DNA of 64,000 bases, from IMG/VR virus record IMGVR_UViG_3300028374_000796, one strand, 5' to 3'. This DNA is from a virus. Each line of letters opens with the position of its first letter. The first letter of the stretch is position 1. This document shows positions 47,836 through 57,810 of this stretch, in pieces. The notes beneath the pieces are model-generated. The model was not told the origin of the DNA. It made no database searches and saw nothing but the letters and a program-made list of their open reading frames with translations. A program made the position numbers and the translations under genes.

Positions 47836-48756
47836 TTATTTGAGATTAGGATGTGTGGCAAGCGCTACGAAAATAAATACTTCTGCGGGATTAGCTGCAC
47901 CTTCTGCTGTCCGAATTAAAATATCACTAGAACCAAAACTATTATTAGAGAAAGTTTCTCCGGGGGCCAATGGAATTTCTCCTCCACCAGCTCCAAAAGA
48001 AAAATAAGCAGTTTCCGTATCATCAACGTTTCGGATAACAGTAGACGTTGTTTGCCTTGGAAATACCAATTCCATAGCATCTTCGATAGGTCCTATGGGT
48101 GCTTCCCCTTGTAGAACTAGAGAAGACTGGTTTTCCAGATAATAATCGGTGGAAAGAAGAATAATAATTCTTCGATCTGCGCCGGGAACTCCCCCAAAAA
48201 CAGGGGCAATCCTCAGGAAAAGAACATGGGTATCATCAAGGCCATAATCAGCGGGACTAAACCGAAACCGGACCCACTTATTACCAATAAAATATCCAAC
48301 GTCCGCAGTTCCTACTGTAGCAGAGTTCTTTCCGGTGCTTGCCCTTACGGTTTCCATGAGGGTGAAAGTTCCATCCCAGTTGTCTGCTTGCTTGACTTGA
48401 TATTCAGTAGGTTCAGCGGACAACTGAATGATAGCGCCCCCTTCGTCCGTAGTATGAACGTCAAGAGAGAAATCAAGGGTTCCCTCCTCAGGTACCAAAA
48501 GAATGGAAGAACCGTCTGCTGTGGCCTCTATGGGGACCGTAGCACCATTAATAGCATTAGCTAGGGTAGTAGCCATAGCACCAGAAGAATTAGCAGCAGG
48601 ATTAGGATCTTCTGCACGAAAAGCAAAGCCATTGATGACGACTACATACTCACCACCCTCACCATCATCTCGGTCACGGATCGCAACTCTTTTAGCTTTT
48701 ATTCGGTCAATCATAAGATCAACCAATTCCGTTTTTCGTCGGTAAATATGTGGCAT
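47836..48756 (-). CDS. Putative virion structural/decoration protein
   Basis: Beta-rich 306 aa; VVVINGFAF...ATTLANAING domain. Confidence 0.55.
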   Translation of the reverse strand: MPHIYRRKTELVDLMIDRIKAKRVAIRDRDDGEGGEYVVVINGFAFRAEDPNPAANSSGAMATTLANAINGATVPIEATADGSSILLVPEEGTLDFSLDVHTTDEGGAIIQLSAEPTEYQVKQADNWDGTFTLMETVRASTGKNSATVGTADVGYFIGNKWVRFRFSPADYGLDDTHVLFLRIAPVFGGVPGADRRIIILLSTDYYLENQSSLVLQGEAPIGPIEDAMELVFPRQTTSTVIRNVDDTETAYFSFGAGGGEIPLAPGETFSNNSFGSSDILIRTAEGAANPAEVFIFVALATHPNLK

Positions 48757-48841
48757 TGGTATATCCTTGGCTTAATTATTGTTTTCTTTTTGAACCTTGA
48801 TATCTACAGCTTGATAAATAATAGAAAGATTAAAGTAGAAA

Positions 48842-49945
48842 TTACTTTATAGGGAAATTTTCTACTAATTCTTCTGTTATATGTAAATAAGAATTTCCTA
48901 AATTTATTTGACATACGGTGGAGGCAGATACTCCAACCTTTTTTCCGATATCATGTTGACTCAAATCTGAATTGTTCAAAAGGTGTACCACTTTGAACAC
49001 ACCTTCTTCGCTTAAGCTGCGGTTGCCATATGTGTCAGTCTTTTTATGACAAGGAACACAAAGCACTCTACCATTAGAAATATCCCACAACTCATCGCAG
49101 TTAGCAGCCTCATCTTTGGTATCAATTTCATAATCATCTAGTAGACTTGAAAATGGGTAAATATGATCAACATGAAGTGAAGAACCGATTTGACCACATT
49201 CTTGACAAGTGTAATCATCCCTATCAAAAACCGAAGTTCTCCAAACTTTATACGTTGTGCTGGTTCTAATTTTGGACTTCAAAGATGACTTACCCCCTTT
49301 CCATTGCGGATGGTTTTTACCTTTATATTCTCTAGTTTCAACCTTAAATTTTCGTAACCAACGTCCGATGGTGCCTGTAGAAGCATTACACATTTCGGAA
49401 ATCTCTGTAGTAGTTAAACCTTCTTTAACATATTTATGTCGTAACCATTTCTCATCTCGGTATTTACATTTCCCTTTAGTTTTTAATCTCCCCATTGAAA
49501 TCGACTTGGATAATTCTCTAGTCATACCAAATTTAGATAACCAACGCGACACTGTGGCGGCCCTACAACCACAGATCAATGCAATCTCAGTTGAAGATTT
49601 TCTATTAGTACAATACAAATTTCGTAGCCAATTTGCATCCCTATGTTTTAAATTACACACATTTTTAATCTCTATGCCATGTTTTTTAATCCAATTCTGG
49701 ATTGTAACTCGACTGCAATCACAAATTTTAGCAATATCCTTAATGGAAACTTCCTCTACAACGTATTTCTTACTTAACCATTCAAAATCAAAGTAGAAGG
49801 GAACTTCCCTTTTAATTTCATATCTATTTAACCACCTACAAATAGTAGCATCTCCACAGCCGTATTCGTCTGCGATCTCCTGACAGGTTAAACCTTCTTT
49901 AACATATTTCTGGAACAGCCATTCTTTATTTTGATATTTTTTCAT
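48842..49945 (-). CDS. HNH homing endonuclease with four HTH repeats
   Basis: WLxxKYxxE...EIA...TIxxWL x4; GKNHPQWKGG; CQECG...HVDHIYP...LCVPCHKK; C-terminal HTH. Confidence 0.88.
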   Translation of the reverse strand: MKKYQNKEWLFQKYVKEGLTCQEIADEYGCGDATICRWLNRYEIKREVPFYFDFEWLSKKYVVEEVSIKDIAKICDCSRVTIQNWIKKHGIEIKNVCNLKHRDANWLRNLYCTNRKSSTEIALICGCRAATVSRWLSKFGMTRELSKSISMGRLKTKGKCKYRDEKWLRHKYVKEGLTTTEISEMCNASTGTIGRWLRKFKVETREYKGKNHPQWKGGKSSLKSKIRTSTTYKVWRTSVFDRDDYTCQECGQIGSSLHVDHIYPFSSLLDDYEIDTKDEAANCDELWDISNGRVLCVPCHKKTDTYGNRSLSEEGVFKVVHLLNNSDLSQHDIGKKVGVSASTVCQINLGNSYLHITEELVENFPIK

Positions 49946-49948
49946 TTT

Positions 49949-50347
49949 TTAAAGGTCACCATTTTCTTCTGCCTTAACGTATGGGATATAAGACTCGGAC
50001 CATTTACAATCCTTATCAGATTTAGCGGCTTCATGGGCTTCTTTCCAGTTCTTTGTTACGTCCCCTCTAAAATTAGGAGCTAATTTTGGAATTTTATTAT
50101 TCTTTTTCTGCCTGTAGTCCATCTTTTTAGATCTGTCCTTACGATACTTTTTCTCTTTGTAGTTTTTATCAGACCATTGCAGACCTTTATAAGATATCTG
50201 TATATTACCTGGATTAAATTTATAATAAGCTATTGAATCACACTCACTACAAGGGATACCACTTTTTTTCATCTTACTAAATTTTTTAAAATTCAATTTT
50301 TTTTCTTGAATTGTAGAGCAGTCTTTACATCGAAAATCGTACTTCAT
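49949..50347 (-). CDS. FmdB-like zinc-ribbon protein
   Basis: YDFRCKDC...IPCSECD. Confidence 0.65.
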   Translation of the reverse strand: MKYDFRCKDCSTIQEKKLNFKKFSKMKKSGIPCSECDSIAYYKFNPGNIQISYKGLQWSDKNYKEKKYRKDRSKKMDYRQKKNNKIPKLAPNFRGDVTKNWKEAHEAAKSDKDCKWSESYIPYVKAEENGDL

Positions 50348-50439
50348 ACAAAACTCCTTATATTAGATTAAAATATACTACAGATAACACGTCTTAGGTT
50401 CTTATTGCTATTCACGTTCGTAAATTAAAAAGGATAAAA

Positions 50440-51354
50440 TTAACGTAAATTCCGCTTCAAATAGTCATAGAAAGCGTCTTCTGCTGCGTAACCAACTCCA
50501 GCATCTTCCGCAGCTTCCATAGCATCTCCCAAAATATCTCGGACATAAACCCAATCCATAGCGGTAGGCTTTTTAGACTCAAATAAAGTCGTTGCGTTTG
50601 GGCCATTAATAAAGAACCTCAGTCCGGATAGGTCCTCTGTTTTGTGATAGTTATAAGCTTGCAGACCTATACTGAGAAGTCCAGGTAATGTGACGTTGTA
50701 CATCCAAGACATTCCGTAGGGTCCGGTATGAGGTCCTTCTACTGCGCTTGAACCAAAAATATCTTTTAGGTCCCTTTCTACATTACCCATACCTTCCATA
50801 AGGTCCATAAGTAGGTACTTTGGAGTATCTACAGCAATCTTAGTAAGGACAGGACGGATATGTTCCCGAAGTTTGGGATTCGTAGATCCCAAACGAATGA
50901 GTTGATCCTCTAAAGAAGGGATACTATCATCTTGAGCAAATTTGAGGGCGATTTTCTTAGCTAATTTTGAACTTGACATAGAGCTTTCCTTGTAAGTAAA
51001 AATTGGGTCATAGGGGTTAACAACTTTACGTTCCATAAAAGGCTCAAGCCCTTCGGAACCAAATAATTCAACGATACATTCTCTTACTTCTTTATCTGAT
51101 AAGGTCATCTGTGTATGAATTTCTTGAACTTTCTCCATACCATCCTGAACAATCTCTGCTATATGTTCGATTTCACCTTCTTCCAGATCCAATTCATCTG
51201 CTAAAATGATGAGATCTGTCATAATGCTATTTAATTGAGATAGAACCTGAGAATTCGAGATCAAGGCATCGGAAATAAGCGCGAAGTTCCTAGCAATTTC
51301 ATTTGCCTTAGAAGTAAAAGGAGTTAGTTTTTCTGGAGCATCATTACTCATCAT
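50440..51354 (-). CDS. Hypothetical protein carrying both tags internally
   Basis: KESS-MSSSKLAKKIALKFA...SLEDQLIRLGSTNPKLREHIRPVL. Confidence 0.7.
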   Translation of the reverse strand: MMSNDAPEKLTPFTSKANEIARNFALISDALISNSQVLSQLNSIMTDLIILADELDLEEGEIEHIAEIVQDGMEKVQEIHTQMTLSDKEVRECIVELFGSEGLEPFMERKVVNPYDPIFTYKESSMSSSKLAKKIALKFAQDDSIPSLEDQLIRLGSTNPKLREHIRPVLTKIAVDTPKYLLMDLMEGMGNVERDLKDIFGSSAVEGPHTGPYGMSWMYNVTLPGLLSIGLQAYNYHKTEDLSGLRFFINGPNATTLFESKKPTAMDWVYVRDILGDAMEAAEDAGVGYAAEDAFYDYLKRNLR

Positions 51355-51359
51355 TTATC

Positions 51360-51854
51360 CTAATCTGAAATAACGTAAGAACGGATTGTTTCCAGAACTT
51401 TGGCCGCGTGCTTACAAACATACTGTGTGCCTCTAGGGTCTTTCTCTTTCGGATTTGCTGCGGTACCTCTAGGCTTTCCAAAAAGATAGTTACCTTTCTG
51501 TGCATGATGCTCGGGGCCTTGCCATCTCCAAAAAGGACAGGAACAAGCTATTAAGATATCTGCATCCGAAACAAAAGGTGTCTGACTTTCATCACTTAGC
51601 GCCCTTACAGACACCTCATATTTGTCACCACCACTGGTTGCCTCAAAGTCCCAATCCATAGGGATAGGATGTTTTTTAAGGCGAACTTTGACTTCATTAG
51701 AACGAGATGCTACTTCATTAGAGAGTCCAGAAAGAATATCATCTACGGTCGCCGCAGTCTTATAATTTAGGTCTGCGAATCGTATTACTAAAGGATCTGT
51801 AACCAGCCTCCATTTAGAAATGACTCTATGTACTATAGCTCTCTTATCGATCAT
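51360..51854 (-). CDS. SWIM-type zinc-finger protein
   Basis: IACSCPFW...YVCKH; N-terminal AIVHRVIS tag and KTAA. Confidence 0.7.
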   Translation of the reverse strand: MIDKRAIVHRVISKWRLVTDPLVIRFADLNYKTAATVDDILSGLSNEVASRSNEVKVRLKKHPIPMDWDFEATSGGDKYEVSVRALSDESQTPFVSDADILIACSCPFWRWQGPEHHAQKGNYLFGKPRGTAANPKEKDPRGTQYVCKHAAKVLETIRSYVISD

Positions 51855-51856
51855 TA

Positions 51857-52186
51857 TTATCTTCGCACGTCATCAGGAACAGAAGGTTGATTTATTCTGA
51901 ATTTTTTGTCGCTATGATCGATTTCATCTCGCCTTCGAGTTTGGATCTTTGGGAGGTCGTCCGCAAACTCGACATCATGAATGGAACCATCTTCAAACTC
52001 TTTGTCATTTGGGTGGGGCTTTCTGGGAAGACCTCCTCCAGCTTCGCCCTCTTCTCGAAGGGTACTGAACCCATAGACCTCCGGGGTTCTACCACTCGCA
52101 CCATCAGGCTGTGAGGGTAATTGAGAAGATCCCTTTTTTAGAAAACGAAAGGCTACTCTTTTAGCTATTTTATTAAAAGAAGTCAT
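51857..52186 (-). CDS. Hypothetical protein with basic tag
   Basis: MTSFNKIAKRVAFRFL. Confidence 0.6.
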   Translation of the reverse strand: MTSFNKIAKRVAFRFLKKGSSQLPSQPDGASGRTPEVYGFSTLREEGEAGGGLPRKPHPNDKEFEDGSIHDVEFADDLPKIQTRRRDEIDHSDKKFRINQPSVPDDVRR

Positions 52187-52187
52187 A

Positions 52188-52553
52188 TCAGGTATCTCTC
52201 TTTACAGCATCGTCAATTCCATCACGGATATGAGCGGGAAATTTATTTTTAAGCTTCCTTTGATCAATACGAGCTGCTGCGTAAGAGACGATAGCCAAGC
52301 CTTCATCCATTCTCTCTATTAACTCTCGCATATTCGTGATCATATCTCCGGCTTCGGAATAAATATGTTCTTTTTGTTCAGAATCATCTATCAAGGATAC
52401 AGCCTTGTTATAGATTCCTTCGATTTGTTCCATGGCAAGACGAGCCTGTGAAGACCCCAGTTGCAAAACCGATGACAGTGAGGTACCCTGTGAAGATACA
52501 AGGGTCTTAGCTGCTATTTTTCTAGCCATACGTTTTTGGGTATCGTCTTTCAT
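52188..52553 (-). CDS. Hypothetical helical protein with basic tag
   Basis: RMARKIAAKT. Confidence 0.6.
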   Translation of the reverse strand: MKDDTQKRMARKIAAKTLVSSQGTSLSSVLQLGSSQARLAMEQIEGIYNKAVSLIDDSEQKEHIYSEAGDMITNMRELIERMDEGLAIVSYAAARIDQRKLKNKFPAHIRDGIDDAVKRDT

Positions 52554-52625
52554 AATAAAGGGTACGCCATGTTAGTGGTCTGGAAATACTCACTTGACCT
52601 CAGTTAGTAAAAGAATATCGAAAAA

Positions 52626-52668
52626 CAAAAAAGCCAGACCCTTTTATATAAGAGATCCGGCTTTCTTA
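52626..52668. terminator. Intrinsic terminator
   Basis: AAAGCCAGA...TCCGGCTTT hairpin flanked by A and T tracts. Confidence 0.55.
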
Positions 52669-52685
52669 TTGAATAAATTTAGTCT

Positions 52686-53828
52686 TTACAGACCTAGACC
52701 AAATTCTTTCTTGATTCTTTTCTTAATAGCTTCAGACTCCGAAGCATAAAGAGCACGAAGAACAATAGTATCTTCGGAAAATTCATCCTTAATACGCTGA
52801 ATCTTCTTGGTCCAATGTGCCTCGAAATCCCATTCAGGAAGTTCGGGATGAATAATCTTGGCAATTCGGTATCGAGCTTCTTTTACCGAAGGATCTAACT
52901 GGTCATCCAATTCATCTTCCGATAGTTCTTCCTCTTCCACAACCTCTTCATAGACATCTTCAACAGGTCGTCTATCATTTCGACCTTTAGTTGGAACGGG
53001 CCTTGGTTTCTGACCTACTGCACCAACTACCTGATGATCACCATCATAAGGGTTAGACGAGATAGCTCTTTCGGGCGAATCTCCAGGTTCAGTACCTGCG
53101 GCAGACCTTTGACCTACATTATGGTTATCAAAAGCAATTCCTTCCGCAACCCTTCGATTAGGATTAGCTTCGGGCTGTGACTCTCGTGCTTCTTGCGCTT
53201 CCTGTACCGTCATTGTAGGCTTTTCCAAATCATTCACAGTCTGACGAAAAGACTGATCATTCATTTTGGAAATATCAGTTTTGGAATCTGCACTAGTTTT
53301 GAACCTAACACCAATATCTTTACCGTCCTGCTGGTCTCCAATAATGGTAGGATGTCTTGGGCTTCGATCCTGAGGGCCTTGACCATCTCCCCTAACCGCG
53401 ACAGCGGTGTTGGTAGAGGTTTTTGAAGCCCTTGTGGCATTGATCTGATCTTGACTCTTTCGATTGCCTTCATTCAAAAAAGTATCTCTTTGATTGACTG
53501 TAGATACTACTCTCTCTTCATCCGAGATTTCAGTAGTTCCATCCGAAACAGTGTCTTCTTGTTGTGGGGTAGCTCCACTAAGAGGAATCTCAGCAGAAGA
53601 TGGTCGATACGAAGCATGATTTCCTGCTTCTGATTTTTCAACCAACCATGGAGGCGTTGCTTTAATAGCTGCCCTTAATTTGGGCATCTTAAACTTCTCG
53701 CCTGCGATGATAGCAATCTGACCGTTGAACTCTACTTCGTCTCCTTGGTAGATGGTCTCTGATGTACTTTCATCAAGACTTACAGTAAATTTTGTAGTTG
53801 AAACGTATCTCTTAAACTCTCTAGGCAT
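52686..53828 (-). CDS. Hypothetical protein with a long low-complexity centre
   Basis: 380-aa ORF. Confidence 0.65.
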   Translation of the reverse strand: MPREFKRYVSTTKFTVSLDESTSETIYQGDEVEFNGQIAIIAGEKFKMPKLRAAIKATPPWLVEKSEAGNHASYRPSSAEIPLSGATPQQEDTVSDGTTEISDEERVVSTVNQRDTFLNEGNRKSQDQINATRASKTSTNTAVAVRGDGQGPQDRSPRHPTIIGDQQDGKDIGVRFKTSADSKTDISKMNDQSFRQTVNDLEKPTMTVQEAQEARESQPEANPNRRVAEGIAFDNHNVGQRSAAGTEPGDSPERAISSNPYDGDHQVVGAVGQKPRPVPTKGRNDRRPVEDVYEEVVEEEELSEDELDDQLDPSVKEARYRIAKIIHPELPEWDFEAHWTKKIQRIKDEFSEDTIVLRALYASESEAIKKRIKKEFGLGL

Positions 53829-53970
53829 AAAATACTCCCGCTCTTTTTCCAGTTATAGGGACATACCCTTTTCAGGGTTGTGAGAGAACTCGACTCTCTC
53901 TACCTCTATATAGAGGATAAATAGAATACCGGAAAATAACGGAAATATAAGGTTTTTTGGCGGAAATACT

Positions 53971-54285
53971 TTAGATATCTTTGTATTTTTCTATGAGTTC
54001 TTCTCGGGTCAACTCGGTTTCGTTTTCGCCTGCCCTATTAAAAGAAATCAAATCCTCAAAAGTAATATGAGGCGGAATAGCAGAAGTGCCTGTCCTTTCT
54101 ACCCTCTCCATCCTCTCAAGGAAGTCTTTAGCCTTGTCTTGATAACGCCACTCATACCATTCCCGGAAATCCTCTAAAGGCATCAGCGGAGACGTGGGAC
54201 AGTCTACGACGGAGGACCACTCCATATAAAGGTCTTCGGGAGTATTGGTTTCTTCTTTGTCTACTTTTAAGATATATCTAGGCAT
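53971..54285 (-). CDS. Hypothetical protein
   Basis: 104-aa ORF, WSSVVDCP, RBS AGAGG. Confidence 0.65.
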   Translation of the reverse strand: MPRYILKVDKEETNTPEDLYMEWSSVVDCPTSPLMPLEDFREWYEWRYQDKAKDFLERMERVERTGTSAIPPHITFEDLISFNRAGENETELTREELIEKYKDI

Positions 54286-54303
54286 CTTTTCTACCTCTAT
54301 TTA

Positions 54304-56016
54304 TTATGCAGCTATTTTTTGCAGGTACAGTCTTACTGCTTTCGTTAAAGATCTTCCATTATTGCGAAGATCGGGGTTCTTCAATAGAACTGTTCGGGCA
54401 CTTTCCATTAGCAGACGGATATCAGGACCTTGAATACCAAACTCTTTGATAAGAGCTTTCGTATCCATTACTTTGCCCGGCTGTTTGAGGATATTGACAA
54501 AATTGCCAGCTTCTGGTGAACCTAGCTGGATGGTGACCGTTCTTAGAAGATCCATTTGGTACTGGTCCAAGAATCGAATTCGGGCAGCTAAGGGCAATCC
54601 AATATCCATCATATCAAAAAGAAAGAAAACCTTAGCATCTCGTTGTGCCCAATTAAGAAGGGTGGAACGAAAAGCCTTATCTTTTTCTAACATAGACGCT
54701 ACCACATCGAGAAGCCCCAGTTCTTTGAGGACTTTCAGCGTTTCCTTAGACTGACTCATATTCAGAATGTCATCAATCAAAATACTACTAATTGCATTCT
54801 GTGGCGCTTTTTTGAGCTTTCCTGCGTTTCTGCGAATAGCGTCAGCAACTAGTGGATCGATAGTGAAGCCATATTTGACTAGGAACTTTACAGCCCTAAG
54901 CATTCGGGTGGGATCGTCAGAGAAGGTTTTGTCTGGGTCACTAGGACACCTCATAACGCCTTCTTCAAGGTCGTCAAGTCCACAACCAGTGAGATCGATG
55001 ATCTCTGCTTTGTCGGGTCCCTGAGCGAGATGAGATAGCTGCCACATAAGAGTGTTAAAAGTAAACTCTCTTCTCTCGATATCTTTCTCGATGGGAGCAA
55101 GGCCGACCTCTGAGGGTTTATACCCCTTTCCTTCTTCCCCACCATAGGACTCTTCTAGGGCATTAGCGATTTCAATTACTTCACCTTGAAGATCACGTCC
55201 GTCAACTTCCCATGGACCGCTAACAGTAAGGATAGCAACTCCATATTGATTGGTCTGCAAGGATGTCTGTGCTGGAATTGAGGAAGCTAATTCCTTAGCG
55301 AACCATTCGGAATCTTTATTGCCTTCGGGATCAATAGATAGGGAGTCTATCATTACATCAATGTCTTTGATCGGTCTTTCGATCACAAAGTTTCTGACGG
55401 CTCCTCCTACAACATAAACATGATCTCCAATACCAAGACCTGTTGCAACGGAGGACAAGAACTTCATGAGGGCTACGGACTTCTCATGGGATTCCGAAGT
55501 CATGGTGCGTGTGGCAATTCGTTGTGTTATCTGAGGACGTTCCATTTTAGACTCTGCCTTTTTAGACTCTGCCTTTTTTATTCTTCTTCCCAATAAGTAA
55601 AGATGTTCCTCATGCTGACTTACCATACTTGATAGAAGATCGTCAAGTCCGGGCGTCATTAGGTTATCATTTTCTAATATAGTAATAGCATATTTCAAAG
55701 AACTGACCAGGATAGTCTCTGCTCTCATAGAGCACGATACGGGACAATCTTCTTTGGCAAACTCATCTACCATCCAACTTAAATCCTCTACCATTTTAAG
55801 AAGGTCTATTTCATACCCGTCCAGACCGATAATACGTTCTGCTAATGCGTCTACTTCTACTGCAATAGCATCATATAGACGCTCCAACAATAGGTGGTCA
55901 GAGTAGGAAGAAGGTCCTGTAATAACCCAATGGGTATGCTGGTGCTGGATAGCTACCGCTTTGAGACAGGATAATAGAATGGTAAGTAGTTTGGGCCGTA
56001 GGAGGATGGAGGTCAT
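54304..56016 (-). CDS. Dps/ferritin-like domain fused to a CCA/poly(A)-type nucleotidyltransferase
   Basis: HTHWVITG..SDHLLLERLY...EVDALAERI (Dps); YVVGGAVRN..KDID, RREFTFN, DDPTRMLRAVKF (class II NTase). Confidence 0.85.
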   Translation of the reverse strand: MTSILLRPKLLTILLSCLKAVAIQHQHTHWVITGPSSYSDHLLLERLYDAIAVEVDALAERIIGLDGYEIDLLKMVEDLSWMVDEFAKEDCPVSCSMRAETILVSSLKYAITILENDNLMTPGLDDLLSSMVSQHEEHLYLLGRRIKKAESKKAESKMERPQITQRIATRTMTSESHEKSVALMKFLSSVATGLGIGDHVYVVGGAVRNFVIERPIKDIDVMIDSLSIDPEGNKDSEWFAKELASSIPAQTSLQTNQYGVAILTVSGPWEVDGRDLQGEVIEIANALEESYGGEEGKGYKPSEVGLAPIEKDIERREFTFNTLMWQLSHLAQGPDKAEIIDLTGCGLDDLEEGVMRCPSDPDKTFSDDPTRMLRAVKFLVKYGFTIDPLVADAIRRNAGKLKKAPQNAISSILIDDILNMSQSKETLKVLKELGLLDVVASMLEKDKAFRSTLLNWAQRDAKVFFLFDMMDIGLPLAARIRFLDQYQMDLLRTVTIQLGSPEAGNFVNILKQPGKVMDTKALIKEFGIQGPDIRLLMESARTVLLKNPDLRNNGRSLTKAVRLYLQKIAA

Positions 56017-56031
56017 AGGAAAAACTCGATA

Positions 56032-56490
56032 TTAGAGAAGTTTTTGTTGTCCGTAAAATTCGGGGATGAATTGCATTTCTAATACCTCTATTCCACAATC
56101 TCTTTTATATACAGATGCACTAAACTTATCTTCATCAGAACACCAATCCTCCTCATAAGGAATGGTGAAATTTAGAAGATCAGAATCAAGGTCATCTTCT
56201 ACTTCCGCTTCAATAAGTTTCTTTAAGGCATTGAATGTATAAACAGGAAGTGATTCCTTGAATTGACTGGCGCTTTCTTTAGGGTCTTCATGAAAAATAA
56301 TTCTAGCTTCTACACGGCCATCTAAATATTTCAAAGAAATAATAGTAACAGGGATATCGTATTGTTTCTCGAAGTGATATTTGAGGTGGGAGGAAATATC
56401 CTCTGAGATGTCTTTTCTTATAGCAAGGGTGCGATGACCGTTATTTGCTTCCCATTTCAACTTCACTCTTACAGCATCTTCCTTTTGCAT
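56032..56490 (-). CDS. Hypothetical protein, paralog of the upstream neighbour
   Basis: Ends FIPEFYGQQKLL; the neighbour has YIPEYYGQQRLF. Confidence 0.65.
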   Translation of the reverse strand: MQKEDAVRVKLKWEANNGHRTLAIRKDISEDISSHLKYHFEKQYDIPVTIISLKYLDGRVEARIIFHEDPKESASQFKESLPVYTFNALKKLIEAEVEDDLDSDLLNFTIPYEEDWCSDEDKFSASVYKRDCGIEVLEMQFIPEFYGQQKLL

Positions 56491-56500
56491 AATAGTAATC

Positions 56501-57058
56501 TCATTTCGTTATTTTATCTAAAATTGGTCGAATATCGTCTCTAAGCTCGGGGGCTTCCTCACCTAACGAGATAAGAGACTGTTTAAGTCCTGCTTTTTCA
56601 TTACTTGATAATTTAGCAAAGAGCCGTTGCTGTCCATAATACTCAGGAATATACTCAATAGGATCAACCCAAATTTCTGCATATTCAAATCCATCAAAAG
56701 TATCTTCATCATGATGAATGGCAAAATTGAGCAATTCAAGATTACCTTTTGGACCCTCTTCTCTAACCATCTCTGCCAACGAGTCTTTCACTACATCCTT
56801 AACAATGTTGGAAATTTTCTGTGCAGAATGTTGAGGGTCTTCCCTGAGAATAATAGTAGCACTCATCATATCAACTTTCAACCTTTCTACGATAGGAACC
56901 GTAACCGGAGTATCGAATTCCTTTTTAAATCCTCTACCCAAATAGCGTTTTATTTTGGTAATATGATCACTTTCTAATTTCTCTCCATCCCAGTATCTGG
57001 GGGGAAGGTGAGTTTCCCATCGAACTTCAATTTTTACCGCTTTGCTTTTCTTGGGCAT
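56501..57058 (-). CDS. Hypothetical protein with C-terminal tag
   Basis: Start moved to MPKKS (57058); ends LKQSLISLGEEAPELRDDIRPILDKITK. Confidence 0.65.
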   Translation of the reverse strand: MPKKSKAVKIEVRWETHLPPRYWDGEKLESDHITKIKRYLGRGFKKEFDTPVTVPIVERLKVDMMSATIILREDPQHSAQKISNIVKDVVKDSLAEMVREEGPKGNLELLNFAIHHDEDTFDGFEYAEIWVDPIEYIPEYYGQQRLFAKLSSNEKAGLKQSLISLGEEAPELRDDIRPILDKITK

Positions 57059-57087
57059 ATAAGATCTCGCTATTAGATTTAAGTAAA

Positions 57088-57128
57088 AAAAATAGCCCCG
57101 CCCACACCGGGGAATGTGAACGGGGCTG
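57088..57128 (-). terminator. Intrinsic terminator downstream of the HD gene
   Basis: Minus strand AGCCCCG...CGGGGCT followed by a T8 run. Confidence 0.75.
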
Positions 57129-57202
57129 GACGGTGTGACGACAGAGGGGGTGAAATGGAGGTCTCTGCGCCTATCCGACACTATCAGTAAAAGACAAAAA
57201 CT

Positions 57203-57748
57203 TTATTGGGGAAACAACTCATAAAATCGTGCTAAAAATTTAGCGCTTGCTTCTTGGTGTGTCCAACCCTGGATATCAGGTTTCATTGAAATAGGAGGAT
57301 CAAGTCCTTTTAAATCTTCCCATTCCTCTTTGGAAGGTCCCATTACTTCATGACGTTCCCAATAGAGCATTTGAAGGTCTGCTAATTTAACTGCATTAGA
57401 AAGGGGATAAGTAAGGCCGTACTTGTTATAAATAACTTCAAGGACATGATCTTCTATAGGATCAATAAGGGGGGAAAGGATTCGCTTCAAAGGCTTAGGA
57501 ATATCTCCTACATAAGCCTCACTAGCATCGTGCATGAAGGCTTCCTTTACATGGTGAGGAGGAACCATATAGGAAATATGATAAAGGTGCTCTGCTACCG
57601 AATAGAAAGGATCACACATGCCCCCGAATCTACAGGTTTTTCCTAAGGCATGTGCGATATCTCTAATGTCAATAGCGTCTATTTCGGGATTAAGAAAATA
57701 AAATTTCTTGCCCGTATAAGTCTGAATGTACATATTTTCCAAATTCAT
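57203..57748 (-). CDS. HD-domain phosphohydrolase (YfbR-like nucleotidase)
   Basis: DIAHAL..TCRFGG..YSVAEH, MHDASEAYVGDIP.PLK, LADL. Confidence 0.85.
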   Translation of the reverse strand: MNLENMYIQTYTGKKFYFLNPEIDAIDIRDIAHALGKTCRFGGMCDPFYSVAEHLYHISYMVPPHHVKEAFMHDASEAYVGDIPKPLKRILSPLIDPIEDHVLEVIYNKYGLTYPLSNAVKLADLQMLYWERHEVMGPSKEEWEDLKGLDPPISMKPDIQGWTHQEASAKFLARFYELFPQ

Positions 57749-57810
57749 ATTCGTTCTCCATTGTTAGAGTTACCACTCATAGAACGAATGTAAACAGGGT
57801 TTTTGTTCCC

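Noticed and set aside
57059-57181. N-terminal extension of ORF 56501-57181
   Set aside because: It runs through a terminator hairpin; the likely start is ATG 57058.
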